From Campylobacterales bacterium (GTDB lineage: Bacteria > Campylobacterota > Campylobacteria > Campylobacterales > SZUA-545), in NCBI GenBank assembly GCA_050251635.1, contig JBFWML010000014.1, positions 1-45,143 on the forward strand: a stretch of 45,143 nucleotides of DNA. Direction: 5' to 3'. The notes beneath the pieces are model-generated. The model searched no databases. It saw only the letters and a program-made list of their open reading frames with translations, and had not been told where the DNA came from. How positions within the stretch are numbered: position 1 is the first letter of the stretch; each line of letters starts with the position of its first letter. Shown here piece by piece: positions 26,556 to 35,964 of the stretch. The position numbers were made by a program, and so were the translations under genes.

Positions 26556-27779
26556 ATGAGATTTTTTTTACCGCTCTTCATTCCGCTGTTGCTTTTGGCC
26601 TGGGAGGTTCCCGATCGGCGTAAAGATCAGTTTGTAGCCGAGCAGGGCTATCTCTTTATGCCCGCGCCCTACAGTATGCCGGGTATCGGCGAAGGGGTGG
26701 CCTTTTACGGCGGGTTTAACAACTATCTGGGCCAAAGCGATCTCTTCGGAGTGCAGACCGTGGGCGACGCCGAAGGCACGCTTTTGGGATTGTGGGATTT
26801 GCACCTGATCAAACGCCGCTGGTTTGTGGATGTGACCTACCTGAACTTTTCAAAAACCGGCATCAATCAGTACTCCGTCCGCGGCATGGATTCAAGCAGC
26901 GACGACTACGCAGTGGCGGCGATGGATCGCTTCGAAAACCTGATTATCAAAAACACGCTGGCCTTCGACGAGCGCCGCTTTGAGATCAGCGCCGAATATG
27001 TCCGCCAGCGCTTTCGCCTCACTGAACTGCTGGATGCGGACGGCAATCTGCTCAGCAGCATCGACGATCCGAAACTGCGAAGCGGCGAAAACATCAGCCT
27101 CAGGGTGTTGTGGGATTTAACCGACGATCGTCAAGACCCCCTACGGGGCGTGCGCATGGGGGCAGAGTTGTCCAAATCCCCGCGCTCAAGCAGCGCCGAT
27201 CCCGACTTTTATACTCTGGGGCTGAACGTGGCGGGCTATATTCCCGTGGGGCGGCAAAGCACCTGGGTGTGGAGTTATATGGCCTCACAGGCCAATGTGA
27301 GCGCCCGCGGCGAGCTCGATCGGGCCGCCATCGCCGCAAATCTCGGCTACGGCTGCTACCCCGCCTGCTCTCAGGCGGCCCTTGAACAGATCGAAAACGA
27401 ATACCTCTACAACCGCTACGGCAACGCCAAAGACCTCGGCGGCGAAAACCGTCTGCGCGCCTATCCGGGCGGACGGTTTAAGGGGGCCCATTCCCAGATG
27501 ATCGGCACCGAACTGCGGCTGAATTTTTCGGCCGAGCGCAAACCGGTGGACTTTTTATTGATGCGCGATATCCGAACGGGCATTCAGCTGGCCCTGTTTC
27601 ATGAGGTGGGGACGGTGGCCGAACGCGCCTCGGACCTGTGGAGCGAAACCCGCAGCGCCAGCGGGTTGGGCGTGCGGTTCGTGATGGGATCGGGCTTTGT
27701 GTACCGGTTTGACTACGCCGTGGGCGACGAGGGCTCACAGATGGTGATTTTCGTCTCCTATCCGTGGGAAGAATTGTAA
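26556..27779 (+). CDS. hypothetical secreted protein, probable outer-membrane beta-barrel
   Basis: 407 aa. Signal peptide MRFFLPLFIPLLLLAW. Alternating-hydrophobic C-terminal strands (GLGVRFVMGSGFVYRFDY). No confident family call. Confidence 0.4.
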   Translation: MRFFLPLFIPLLLLAWEVPDRRKDQFVAEQGYLFMPAPYSMPGIGEGVAFYGGFNNYLGQSDLFGVQTVGDAEGTLLGLWDLHLIKRRWFVDVTYLNFSKTGINQYSVRGMDSSSDDYAVAAMDRFENLIIKNTLAFDERRFEISAEYVRQRFRLTELLDADGNLLSSIDDPKLRSGENISLRVLWDLTDDRQDPLRGVRMGAELSKSPRSSSADPDFYTLGLNVAGYIPVGRQSTWVWSYMASQANVSARGELDRAAIAANLGYGCYPACSQAALEQIENEYLYNRYGNAKDLGGENRLRAYPGGRFKGAHSQMIGTELRLNFSAERKPVDFLLMRDIRTGIQLALFHEVGTVAERASDLWSETRSASGLGVRFVMGSGFVYRFDYAVGDEGSQMVIFVSYPWEEL

Positions 27780-27795
27780 CGGTGCGCGAAGCGCG

Positions 27796-27808
27796 CCTTT
27801 GTTAGAAT
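27796..27808 (+). promoter_or_regulatory. extended -10-like element CCTTTGTTAGAAT (TGn-TAGAAT) upstream of the REC-REC-PP2C gene
   Basis: The identical 13-mer recurs at 42338-42350 upstream of the aldehyde dehydrogenase gene. It implies the true CDS start is downstream of the track ORF start. Confidence 0.3.
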
Positions 27809-27837
27809 CTTTCTCAATAAAAACGGTGGGGGGCTCT

Positions 27838-29307
27838 TTGAAAGCGACGATTCTGGTGGTGGAGGACTCCGCCGCCTTTTCCAAAATGTTGTGCAGCGAG
27901 ATCCGCAAACGGGGTTTTGAGGCCCGGGCGGCCTATTCGCGCACCGAAGCGAGGGCGTTGCTGGAAAAGGGTGAGCGTTTTTTTGCCGCCATGCTGGATT
28001 TGGGGCTGCCCGACGCCCCCGACGGCGAGGTGGTCGATGAGGTGCTGGCCTACGATATTCCCTCGATCGTTCTAACGGGAATGTTCGATCCGAGTACCCG
28101 CGCGTTGATGGACAGCAAGCCGATCGTGGATTTTGTTCTCAAGCAGGGATTTGAAGATATCTACTACGCGATGCGCATTCTTGACCGCATCTACAAAAAC
28201 CGCGAAGTCACAGCGCTGGTGGTGGACGACTCGCGCACCACCCGCGCCCTGCTGGTTTCCCATCTTTCCACCCAATTGCTCAATGTGATCGAGGCGACCA
28301 ATGGCCGCGAAGCGTTGCAGATGCTCGAAAAACACCCCGAAATCTCGCTGGTGGTCACCGACTACAATATGCCCGACATGGACGGTTTTGAGCTGACCCG
28401 CCAGCTTCGCAAGCAAAAAAGCAAGGAAGAGCTGGCGATCATGGCCGTCTCTTCATCCGATCATCCCGACATCTCCAGCCGTTTTCTCAAATACGGCGCA
28501 AACGACTTTCTCTCCAAACCCTTCACCAAAGAGGAGCTCATCAGCCGCGTGCATTTAAACATCGGCATGCTTGAAGCGATCGCCGCGCAACGGGCCGCCG
28601 CCAAGGAGCTTGAAGCGATCAATGCCGCGCTGGTGGCCGAACAGCAGGAGGCCAGAACCAGGCAGATCGGCATGGTGACCAACGACTTCGAAAACGACCC
28701 CGATTTTCTGGTGCAAACCTTCTACAAAGCCAGCGATATTCTTTCCGGCGACGCCTACAGTCTGCACAAAACCCCCCAAGGCGGCGCGCTCATTTATCTG
28801 ATCGACGGCATGGGGCACGGGCTGATTCCCTCCTTTACCGCCTTCGCGGTGGCCTCGGCCATCAAGCAGGGCGTGGCGCAAAAAGACGGCTTTAGCCAGC
28901 TGCTTGGCCGGGTCAGTCAAACCCTGCGCGGCACGCTGAGCGAAGATGAACAGCTCTCCTTTAGTTTTTTTCATCTGCCCCCCGAATACGATCGGCTCGA
29001 ATACGCCATCGGCGGGATGTATCCGGCCCATGTCCGTTTTGGGGAGAGCACCGTGGCCCTTAAGGCCAACAACCCGCCCTTTATGGCCTTTATGCCCGAC
29101 ATCCAACCTTCGCAGCTGCCCGCGCCGGGTTTTGAAAAGCTGTTGGTTTATACCGACGGTCTGGTGGAGGATACCCGGCTGGCCATGGCCCACGAAGATG
29201 TTTCGATTCTGCTGGAGGGGGACACCTTCGTCTGGGTGTGCGAAAAACTGCAGGAGGATACCGTCGAGGACGACACGACGGTGATCTATTTCGAAAAGCG
29301 TCCTTGA
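27838..29307 (+). CDS. response regulator with two receiver domains and a C-terminal PP2C/SpoIIE-type phosphatase domain (RsbU-like)
   Basis: REC1 ILVVEDS...D...K. REC2 ALVVDDSRTTR ... VVTDYNMPDMDG ... KPF. PP2C motifs SGDAY, DGMGHG, YTDGL. Start proposed at TTG 27838 after GGTGGGGGG; the track ORF begins at 27799. Confidence 0.8.
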   Translation: MKATILVVEDSAAFSKMLCSEIRKRGFEARAAYSRTEARALLEKGERFFAAMLDLGLPDAPDGEVVDEVLAYDIPSIVLTGMFDPSTRALMDSKPIVDFVLKQGFEDIYYAMRILDRIYKNREVTALVVDDSRTTRALLVSHLSTQLLNVIEATNGREALQMLEKHPEISLVVTDYNMPDMDGFELTRQLRKQKSKEELAIMAVSSSDHPDISSRFLKYGANDFLSKPFTKEELISRVHLNIGMLEAIAAQRAAAKELEAINAALVAEQQEARTRQIGMVTNDFENDPDFLVQTFYKASDILSGDAYSLHKTPQGGALIYLIDGMGHGLIPSFTAFAVASAIKQGVAQKDGFSQLLGRVSQTLRGTLSEDEQLSFSFFHLPPEYDRLEYAIGGMYPAHVRFGESTVALKANNPPFMAFMPDIQPSQLPAPGFEKLLVYTDGLVEDTRLAMAHEDVSILLEGDTFVWVCEKLQEDTVEDDTTVIYFEKRP

Positions 29308-29354
29308 GCCGCGCTGTGTTAAAATCCGCGCAAAACCGAAACCCCTAAAGGCTT

Positions 29355-29846
29355 GTGATGTCCAAAGCAACCGCTTGGCGCTTCGGCGACGATATCGACA
29401 CCGATCTGATTATCGCCGCGCGCTATCTGAACACCTCCGATCCCAAAGAGCTGGCCAAGCACGTCATGGAAGATGCCGACCCCAAGTTTGTACAAAAGGC
29501 GCAAAGGGGCGATTACATCGTCGCCGGGGAAAATTTTGGCTGCGGTTCCAGCCGCGAACACGCGCCGGTGGCGATCAAAGCCCACGGCATCGCGGGCGTG
29601 ATCGCCAAAAGCTTCGCCCGCATTTTCTACCGCAACGCCTTTAATACCGGCCTGTTTATCTACGAAGTGGCCGAGGCGGACAAGATTGCCGAGGGGGATT
29701 TGATCGAGGTCGATAACGCGGCGGGCGTGGTCATTAACCACACCAAAAACGAGCGCTATCCCTTTACGCCCATCCCGCCCTTTATGCAGGAGCTGGTCAA
29801 TGCCGGCGGTTTGATTCCCTACGCCCGCAAAGAGATGGGGCTTTAA
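29355..29846 (+). CDS. leuD: 3-isopropylmalate dehydratase small subunit
   Basis: 163 aa. [15 protein letters not shown] and [13 protein letters not shown] motifs. Confidence 0.9.
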   Translation: MMSKATAWRFGDDIDTDLIIAARYLNTSDPKELAKHVMEDADPKFVQKAQRGDYIVAGENFGCGSSREHAPVAIKAHGIAGVIAKSFARIFYRNAFNTGLFIYEVAEADKIAEGDLIEVDNAAGVVINHTKNERYPFTPIPPFMQELVNAGGLIPYARKEMGL

Positions 29847-30916
29847 TGAAGAGTTATAACATTGCCGTCATCGGCGGCGACGGCATCGGCCCCGAAATTG
29901 TGCGCGAAGCGATCAAGAGTCTGAATGCGGCGGCGGCCAAAGAGGGCTTTAGCCTAAACTACGCCGACTACCTGATGGGCGGCGCGGCCATCGACGCCAC
30001 CGGCATTCCGCTGCCGACGGAAACCCTCGAAGGGGCCAAAAAAGCCGACGGCGTGCTCTTTGGCGCAATCGGCGGGCCTAAGTGGGACAATCTGCCCCGC
30101 GAAAAACGCCCCGAAACGGGCCTGTTGGCGCTGCGTAAAGGGCTGGATGCCTTTGCCAACCTGCGTCCGACCAAAGTCTATGACGCGCTGGTGGACGCCA
30201 GCACCCTTAAACCCGAAGTCGTCAAAGGGGTCGATCTGCTTGTTGTGCGCGAACTGGTGGGCGGCATCTATTTCGGCGAACCCAAAGGGCGCGACGAAAA
30301 CAAGGGCTGGAACACGATGGTGTACACCATTCCCGAAGTGGAGCGCATCGCCCGCGTGGGTTTTGAAGCGGCGATGAAGCGGCGCAAAAAACTCTGCTCC
30401 GTCGATAAAGCCAACGTGCTGGATGTGAGCCAGCTCTGGCGCGAAACCGTTACGCGCATTGCCAAAGAGTATCCCGAGGTGGAACTGAGCCACATGTATG
30501 TGGATAACGCCGCCATGCAGCTCATCCGCAACCCGCGCCAGTTCGACGTGATTCTCACGGGCAACCTGTTTGGCGATATTCTCAGCGACGAAGCCAGCAT
30601 GATCGGCGGTTCGATCGGCCTGCTGCCCAGCTCCAGTTCCGGCAGCTCCAGCGGCATTTTCGAACCGATCCACGGCAGCGCGCCGGATATTACGGGCCAA
30701 GGCATCGCCAATCCGCTGGCGACGATTCTTAGCGGCGCGATGCTGCTGCAGTACGCGCTGGGTGAAACAAAGGCTGCCGCTCGCATCGAAGCGGCAGTCG
30801 AGAAAGCCCTGGAATTGGGCTACCGCACGACGGATATTGCCAACTACGGCGCGAAACAGGTGTGCAGCACCGAAGAGATGGGCGATCTGGTCGCCAAATT
30901 GATCGCCGAAGGCTAA
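29846..30916 (+). CDS. leuB: 3-isopropylmalate dehydrogenase
   Basis: 356 aa. [14 protein letters not shown]-terminus. [23 protein letters not shown] motif. TAATG overlap with leuD. Confidence 0.95.
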   Translation: MKSYNIAVIGGDGIGPEIVREAIKSLNAAAAKEGFSLNYADYLMGGAAIDATGIPLPTETLEGAKKADGVLFGAIGGPKWDNLPREKRPETGLLALRKGLDAFANLRPTKVYDALVDASTLKPEVVKGVDLLVVRELVGGIYFGEPKGRDENKGWNTMVYTIPEVERIARVGFEAAMKRRKKLCSVDKANVLDVSQLWRETVTRIAKEYPEVELSHMYVDNAAMQLIRNPRQFDVILTGNLFGDILSDEASMIGGSIGLLPSSSSGSSSGIFEPIHGSAPDITGQGIANPLATILSGAMLLQYALGETKAAARIEAAVEKALELGYRTTDIANYGAKQVCSTEEMGDLVAKLIAEG

Positions 30917-30920
30917 GGCG

Positions 30921-31169
30921 GTGCCGGTCAAAACCCTCACGCTGGCTTCCATCTACGAGCTTCAAGGGCTCAAGGAGGAAGCGGCGGAGATTTACCGGGA
31001 GATTCTTTCTAAAAACCCCGACAACCAAGAGGCCCGCTTGGCTCTGCGCCGCTTAAGCGGTCAACACCGCCGGTTCGCGGGGGCCAATAAAGAGATGGTC
31101 AATTTTTTTGTCAAAATGGACTCGCCTGCGGAGATGCAGGAGTTTGAGCGGTGGTTGATTTTTGCATAA
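30921..31169 (+). CDS. hypothetical small protein (single TPR-like helix pair)
   Basis: 82 aa, GTG start. No family assignable. Confidence 0.3.
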   Translation: MPVKTLTLASIYELQGLKEEAAEIYREILSKNPDNQEARLALRRLSGQHRRFAGANKEMVNFFVKMDSPAEMQEFERWLIFA

Positions 31170-31179
31170 GGAAACGGGT

Positions 31180-31584
31180 GTGGATCTAAAGGAGATGGTG
31201 CTTTCGGTGCTGGCGGATATGCAGGCGCAAGAGGCGGTCAAAAAAGCAGCCGAGCCGCCGATCGTGCTGGAGGACGAGCCGCTCCCCGCATGCGAAGTGC
31301 CCCAGGCCGCGATCGCACCCGAACCCGAACCCGTCGAGCCCGAAACCCCTTCGCAAACGCCCATGCCCGCGCAAGAGGCCGCCGTATCCCCCCAAAAGCC
31401 GGTCGGCACGGAGGACGAACAGCAGTTTCTTTCCGATTTGCGCGAACGCTTGCTGGTGATTTTTGAGGGGTTTCAATCCCCCAATAACAAGGCCATCGAG
31501 GCCAAGGTCGATCTGACGCTCAATTTTCTGGAGTATCTGCTCTCCGTCACCGAAGAGCGCCTAGAGGCGCTTAAACGGGCGTGA
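31180..31584 (+). CDS. hypothetical protein with acidic Pro/Glu-rich linker and conserved C-terminal helical region
   Basis: Track ORF is 31162-31584. A GTG at 31180 sits 7 nt after an AAGGA SD. Low-complexity EPEPVEPETP segment. Confidence 0.35.
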   Translation: MDLKEMVLSVLADMQAQEAVKKAAEPPIVLEDEPLPACEVPQAAIAPEPEPVEPETPSQTPMPAQEAAVSPQKPVGTEDEQQFLSDLRERLLVIFEGFQSPNNKAIEAKVDLTLNFLEYLLSVTEERLEALKRA

Positions 31585-32681
31585 CCCTTCCGCACCTTTT
31601 TAAAAAAGATTTTCAAACCCTTTTTGATGCCCTCGCGCCCCTGACAAAACGCGCCTATTTCGTGGGCGGCGCGGTGAGGGATTTTCTGATGGGGCGGCCG
31701 CTTAAGGATGTGGATATCGAGGTTTACGATATTCCGCCCGAACAGTTTTGCGACTTGATGGAACGTCTGGGCGCCAAGGGTGTGGGCAAGAGTTTTTTTG
31801 TTTACAAACTGGGGCTTTTGGATGTCTCCTTGCCCCGCAGCGAGCGCAAGGTTGCCCCCGGACACGCCGGATTTGATGTCAGCTGGTGCAACGATCCGCT
31901 GCTGGCTTCCGCCCGGCGGGACTTTACGATCAACGCTCTGATGATCAATCTCTTTAGCGGCGAGCTGCTGGATTTTCACGGGGGCAGGGCGGATATGGAC
32001 GCGAAACTGTTGCGCCATATCGACGATCGGGCCTTTGGGGAGGACAGCTTGCGGGTGCTGCGGGCCATGCAGTTTGCGGCGCGGTTTTCCTTCAGGATTG
32101 CCCCCAAAACCGTTACGCTCTGCCGCCAAATTCCGCTGGATGATTTGCCCAGAGAGCGTATTTGGGGCGAATTTGAAAAGCTGCTGGGCGCCGATGACCC
32201 CCTCAAGGGAGTTTATTTTATGATTGCGCTTCGCATTGCGCACCGTCTGTGGGGCATTGACCGCGCGCCCTTGGGGTTTTTCCGCGCCGTTAGGCGGTTG
32301 CCGTCGCCCTGTCTGCTCTATGCGCTACGCTCGCGGCTGCATCTGGGCTTGCGCCGTTTGTGTGGCCCGATCGGTGCGCCCAAACGGATTGAGCGCGAAT
32401 TGGCGCGCTGGCCGTTGCCGCCAAAGCGCGTGAGCGATCGTTTCTTGGCGGCCGTGGCGCTTAAGGGTCCGCTCTCGCAGTGGCCGGGGCTCTACGAACT
32501 TGGGCTGGCCGGACGCGCCGATGCGCTGGGTTTGCTGAAAGCACCGCTCGATCCGGGCGTAAACGCCGCCGATCTGCTCGGCGAAGGATATGTGCAAGGT
32601 CCGGCGCTGGGCCGTGAGCTTCGGCGCAGAATTTTAAATAAAGTCAGGAACTATGGAAAAACAGTACCGTCTGCTGATTGA
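31581..32681 (+). CDS. cca: CCA tRNA nucleotidyltransferase / poly(A) polymerase family protein
   Basis: 366 aa. Pol-beta-type head motifs GGAVRD and DVDIE. RRDFTINAL motif. Confidence 0.75.
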   Translation: MTLPHLFKKDFQTLFDALAPLTKRAYFVGGAVRDFLMGRPLKDVDIEVYDIPPEQFCDLMERLGAKGVGKSFFVYKLGLLDVSLPRSERKVAPGHAGFDVSWCNDPLLASARRDFTINALMINLFSGELLDFHGGRADMDAKLLRHIDDRAFGEDSLRVLRAMQFAARFSFRIAPKTVTLCRQIPLDDLPRERIWGEFEKLLGADDPLKGVYFMIALRIAHRLWGIDRAPLGFFRAVRRLPSPCLLYALRSRLHLGLRRLCGPIGAPKRIERELARWPLPPKRVSDRFLAAVALKGPLSQWPGLYELGLAGRADALGLLKAPLDPGVNAADLLGEGYVQGPALGRELRRRILNKVRNYGKTVPSAD

Positions 32682-33495
32682 AACCGAAGACAAACAGGGG
32701 CTTATCCACGCCATCAGCGGCGTTTTGCTCCGCCACAATCTCAACATCGAACAAAACAACGAATTTGTCGAAAAGAGCTTCAACCGCTTCTTTATGCGCA
32801 CCGACATCAGCGGCGAGCCGGATGAGGCGGCATTAATGGCCGATCTGCGCGCCGTTCTGAACGACGATCACCGCATCAATCTGGTGCCCAAAAAGAAAAA
32901 GCGGGTTGTCGTGCTGGCAACCAAAGAGCACCATTGTCTCGGCGATCTGTTGCTGCGTCACCGCTATGAAGAGATGGATATTGATATTGTCGCGGTGGTG
33001 AGCAACTACGACACGCTGCGCGATCTGGTGGAAAACTTCAACATTCCCTACCACTTCGTCACCCACGAAGGCCACACCCGCGAAAGCCACGAAGAGGCCC
33101 TGCTTGAGACGATCGCGCCCTATAATCCCGAATATCTGGTGCTGGCTAAATATATGCGCATTTTAACCCCGCGCTTTGTGGGGGCCTATAGCGATCGTAT
33201 TATCAACATTCACCACTCCTTTTTACCGGCTTTTATCGGAGCAAATCCCTACCGGCAGGCCTACGACCGGGGCGTCAAGATTATTGGCGCAACCGCCCAT
33301 TTTGTTAATAACGATCTCGACGAGGGGCCGATTATCGCGCAAAGCATTCTGCCCGTCGATCACACCCACAACGCCGTCGATATGGCCCGCGCGGGCAAGG
33401 ATGTGGAAAAGCAGGTGCTGGCCAAGGCGCTGCGGCTGGTCTTTGACGATCGGGTCTTTATCTTCAGGAACCGGACGATTATTTTCGAGTCGTGA
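32653..33495 (+). CDS. purU: formyltetrahydrofolate deformylase
   Basis: 280 aa. N-terminal ACT domain. Formyltransferase core with IINIHHSFLPAF and the HFV...LDEGPII motif. Confidence 0.9.
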   Translation: MEKQYRLLIETEDKQGLIHAISGVLLRHNLNIEQNNEFVEKSFNRFFMRTDISGEPDEAALMADLRAVLNDDHRINLVPKKKKRVVVLATKEHHCLGDLLLRHRYEEMDIDIVAVVSNYDTLRDLVENFNIPYHFVTHEGHTRESHEEALLETIAPYNPEYLVLAKYMRILTPRFVGAYSDRIINIHHSFLPAFIGANPYRQAYDRGVKIIGATAHFVNNDLDEGPIIAQSILPVDHTHNAVDMARAGKDVEKQVLAKALRLVFDDRVFIFRNRTIIFES

Positions 33496-34091
33496 TCAGG
33501 CTACTGCTCGATCAAAACGTCGCCAAGCAACAGCGCATCTATGAGCGGCTGTTGCAACGCCACAGCACGGGCCACAGGGCCCTGCACTGGTCGGCCCCGC
33601 AAAGCCAGCAGATTCGTTTCGAGCAGTTTCTTAAGGCGGGCGATTTGCGGGGGGCCAGAATTTTGGATCTCGGCTGCGGGCTGGGTGATTTTTACGGTTT
33701 TTTAAAAGAGCGGGGCATCGAGACGGACTACACCGGGTACGACATTGTTCCGGGCTTTGTCAAGGCGGCCCGCTTGAGATTTGATTTCGCCGGTTTTGAG
33801 GAGCGCAATATTCTGAAGCGCCCGCCCGCGCAGCAGTTTGATTATGTCTTTGCCAGCGGTCTGTTCGCCTTCGGTTCGCGCCTTTTTTTCAAAGAGATGA
33901 ACCGCGCCGCTTACGCTCTAGCGGCCAAGGCGTGGGTCTTTAACCTCTACCGTCCAAGCGGTGACGATTCGCGTTTTTTGCAACTCTCCAAGGCCGATGC
34001 GCTCAAGCTTTGCGGCCAGCTACAGCCTTCGAGCCTGAGTCTGGATGAGGGCTACCTTGAAGACGATATTACTTTTTACTTATACAAATGA
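33492..34091 (+). CDS. class I SAM-dependent methyltransferase
   Basis: 199 aa. Motif I ILDLGCGLG. ATGA overlap with purU. Confidence 0.6.
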   Translation: MIRLLLDQNVAKQQRIYERLLQRHSTGHRALHWSAPQSQQIRFEQFLKAGDLRGARILDLGCGLGDFYGFLKERGIETDYTGYDIVPGFVKAARLRFDFAGFEERNILKRPPAQQFDYVFASGLFAFGSRLFFKEMNRAAYALAAKAWVFNLYRPSGDDSRFLQLSKADALKLCGQLQPSSLSLDEGYLEDDITFYLYK

Positions 34092-34110
34092 TAATAAAAA
34101 CTTATGTTCA

Positions 34111-34139
34111 GTTGCCGTTAAAGGAAAAGGTGGGATAAT
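34111..34139 (+). promoter_or_regulatory. sigma70-type promoter upstream of trxA
   Basis: TTGCCG, 16-17 bp spacer, GATAAT/ATAATC. GAGGAG SD 6 nt before the trxA ATG. Confidence 0.35.
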
Positions 34140-34169
34140 CCCCGTCACTTCATAACAGAGGAGAATCCT

Positions 34170-34487
34170 ATGGGTAAAGCTCTTGAGCTGACCGCTTCCA
34201 ATTTCGACGCTACCATCAAAGAGGGTATCACCGTTGTAGATTTCTGGGCACCTTGGTGCGGGCCTTGCCGCATGGTTGCACCCGTCATCGAAGAGCTGGC
34301 CGGCCAGTATGAAGGCAAAGTCAAAATTTGCAAAGTCAACACCGACGAAAATCAGGACGTTGCCGTTAAGTTCGGCATCCGCTCCATCCCGACCATTATG
34401 TTCTTCAAAAACGGCGAACAGGTCGATACCATTATCGGCGCTGCCGCAAAGCAGGCGTTTGAGCAGAAGATTAACGCGCTTTTGTAA
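34170..34487 (+). CDS. trxA: thioredoxin
   Basis: 105 aa. WCGPC active site. Confidence 0.95.
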   Translation: MGKALELTASNFDATIKEGITVVDFWAPWCGPCRMVAPVIEELAGQYEGKVKICKVNTDENQDVAVKFGIRSIPTIMFFKNGEQVDTIIGAAAKQAFEQKINALL

Positions 34488-34490
34488 ATC

Positions 34491-34949
34491 TTGCTTGCCC
34501 TGCAAAGACCGCAACGGCGGTTTAAAACTGTTTTCCTAGCTTCCTTTGTAGCGGCTGCCATGGTGGCGGCCGCTTACACCTACTTTCATATCACCTTCTC
34601 CCGTTTTAATTTTATTAACTTTACCGAGTGGGTTTTTTACACCGGAGACACCACGGTCTTCGAGCCCGACGCCCAGCGGTATCTGGTGGTTGTTTACAGC
34701 AGCTTTCAAAAAGAGGCGGATGAGATTCTTAAGGGCGTCCATAACCCCAAGGCCCATCCGGTGCTGTTGATCGACCTTTCCCAGTCGCGAAAACCCTCTT
34801 CGGGCGAGACGATTTACTTAACGGCGGGGATGAACACTTTGCTCGAAACCGTGCAACGTTTTCATATCCGCCACTCGCCGTCCGCCTTTTGGATCGAACG
34901 CCGTTCCGAAGGGCTCTACAAGCAGGCTTCCGCCGTCGAGCGGCTCTAG
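34491..34949 (+). CDS. hypothetical protein (one N-terminal hydrophobic segment) between trxA and trxB
   Basis: 152 aa, TTG start in the track. An internal ATG at MVAAAYTYF is an alternative start. No family assignable. Confidence 0.3.
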   Translation: MLALQRPQRRFKTVFLASFVAAAMVAAAYTYFHITFSRFNFINFTEWVFYTGDTTVFEPDAQRYLVVVYSSFQKEADEILKGVHNPKAHPVLLIDLSQSRKPSSGETIYLTAGMNTLLETVQRFHIRHSPSAFWIERRSEGLYKQASAVERL

Positions 34950-35013
34950 GCCCGCTTAGACAAAGTGTGTTAACATTCGCCCGCTTTTGCGGGGCTCATT
35001 CAAGGAGCAAATT

Positions 35014-35964
35014 ATGTTGGATTTAGCAATTATCGGGGGCGGCCCGGCCGGTTTGGCGGCGGGGTTGTATGCGACGCGCGGCGGTCTGAAAAATGTCGTC
35101 ATGTTCGAACCGGGCATGCCCGGCGGTCAGATCACCCAGTCGAGCGAAATCGAAAACTATCCGGGCCAGCTTGAGGTGGTGAGCGGCATGCAGTTGATGG
35201 AGAGCTGGACGCCTCAGGCGACCCGCTTCGGCCTGAAGCATGAAATGGAAGAGATCGCGCGCGTAACCAAGCGTGCCGACGGCTCTTTCGAGCTGCTTTC
35301 CACCTCTGGCAACCGCCATGAAGCCGTCAGTGTTCTGGTGGCGACCGGCAGCGTTCCCAAACCGGCAGGGTTTGAGGGGGAAAAAGAGTTTTTAGGCCGC
35401 GGTGTCAGCACCTGCGCGACCTGCGACGGCTTTTTTTACCGGGGTAAAGAGGTAGCCGTCATCGGCGGCGGAGATACCGCCGTTGAAGAGGCGATGTATC
35501 TGGCGGAAATCTGCACCAAGGTTTACCTCATCCACCGCCGCCACGAGTTCCGTGCGCCGCCCGCGATGATCGAGCGGCTGATGACCCATAAAAACATCGA
35601 ACTGATTCTGGGCGCTAAACCCAAAAAGGTTTACGGCGACAATATGGGTGTCAACGGTCTTGAGGTCGAGCTGGAGGACAAATCGGTGCGCAATCTGAAA
35701 GTACCCGGCGTCTTTGTCTTTGTGGGCCGAAACGTTAAAAATAACGTACTGGTTCAAGAGGGCGGCGGTTTTCTGTGCGAGATGAGCGAGTGGGGCGAGG
35801 TGAAGGTCAACCTGCGTATGCACACCAATGTCGAGGGGCTTTTTGCCGCAGGCGATATCCGCGTGGATGCACCCAAACAGGTGGTTTGCGCCGCCAGTGA
35901 CGGCACCATTGCCGCGCTGGAGGCGATCGCCTATGTTAATGAACACAAGGCCGAAAGGAAATAA
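35014..35964 (+). CDS. trxB: thioredoxin-disulfide reductase
   Basis: Start at the ATG preceded by AAGGAG. GGGPAG FAD motif. Redox-active CATC. GGGDTA NADPH motif. Confidence 0.9.
   Translation: MLDLAIIGGGPAGLAAGLYATRGGLKNVVMFEPGMPGGQITQSSEIENYPGQLEVVSGMQLMESWTPQATRFGLKHEMEEIARVTKRADGSFELLSTSGNRHEAVSVLVATGSVPKPAGFEGEKEFLGRGVSTCATCDGFFYRGKEVAVIGGGDTAVEEAMYLAEICTKVYLIHRRHEFRAPPAMIERLMTHKNIELILGAKPKKVYGDNMGVNGLEVELEDKSVRNLKVPGVFVFVGRNVKNNVLVQEGGGFLCEMSEWGEVKVNLRMHTNVEGLFAAGDIRVDAPKQVVCAASDGTIAALEAIAYVNEHKAERK

Noticed and set aside
27781-27800. GC-rich 5-bp hairpin (GCGCG-aag-CGCGC) after the outer-membrane protein gene
   Set aside because: Stem too short and U-tract weak (CTTTGTT). More plausibly part of the promoter region of the next gene than a terminator.
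29954-30952. 332-aa minus-strand ORF
   Set aside because: Antisense to leuB.
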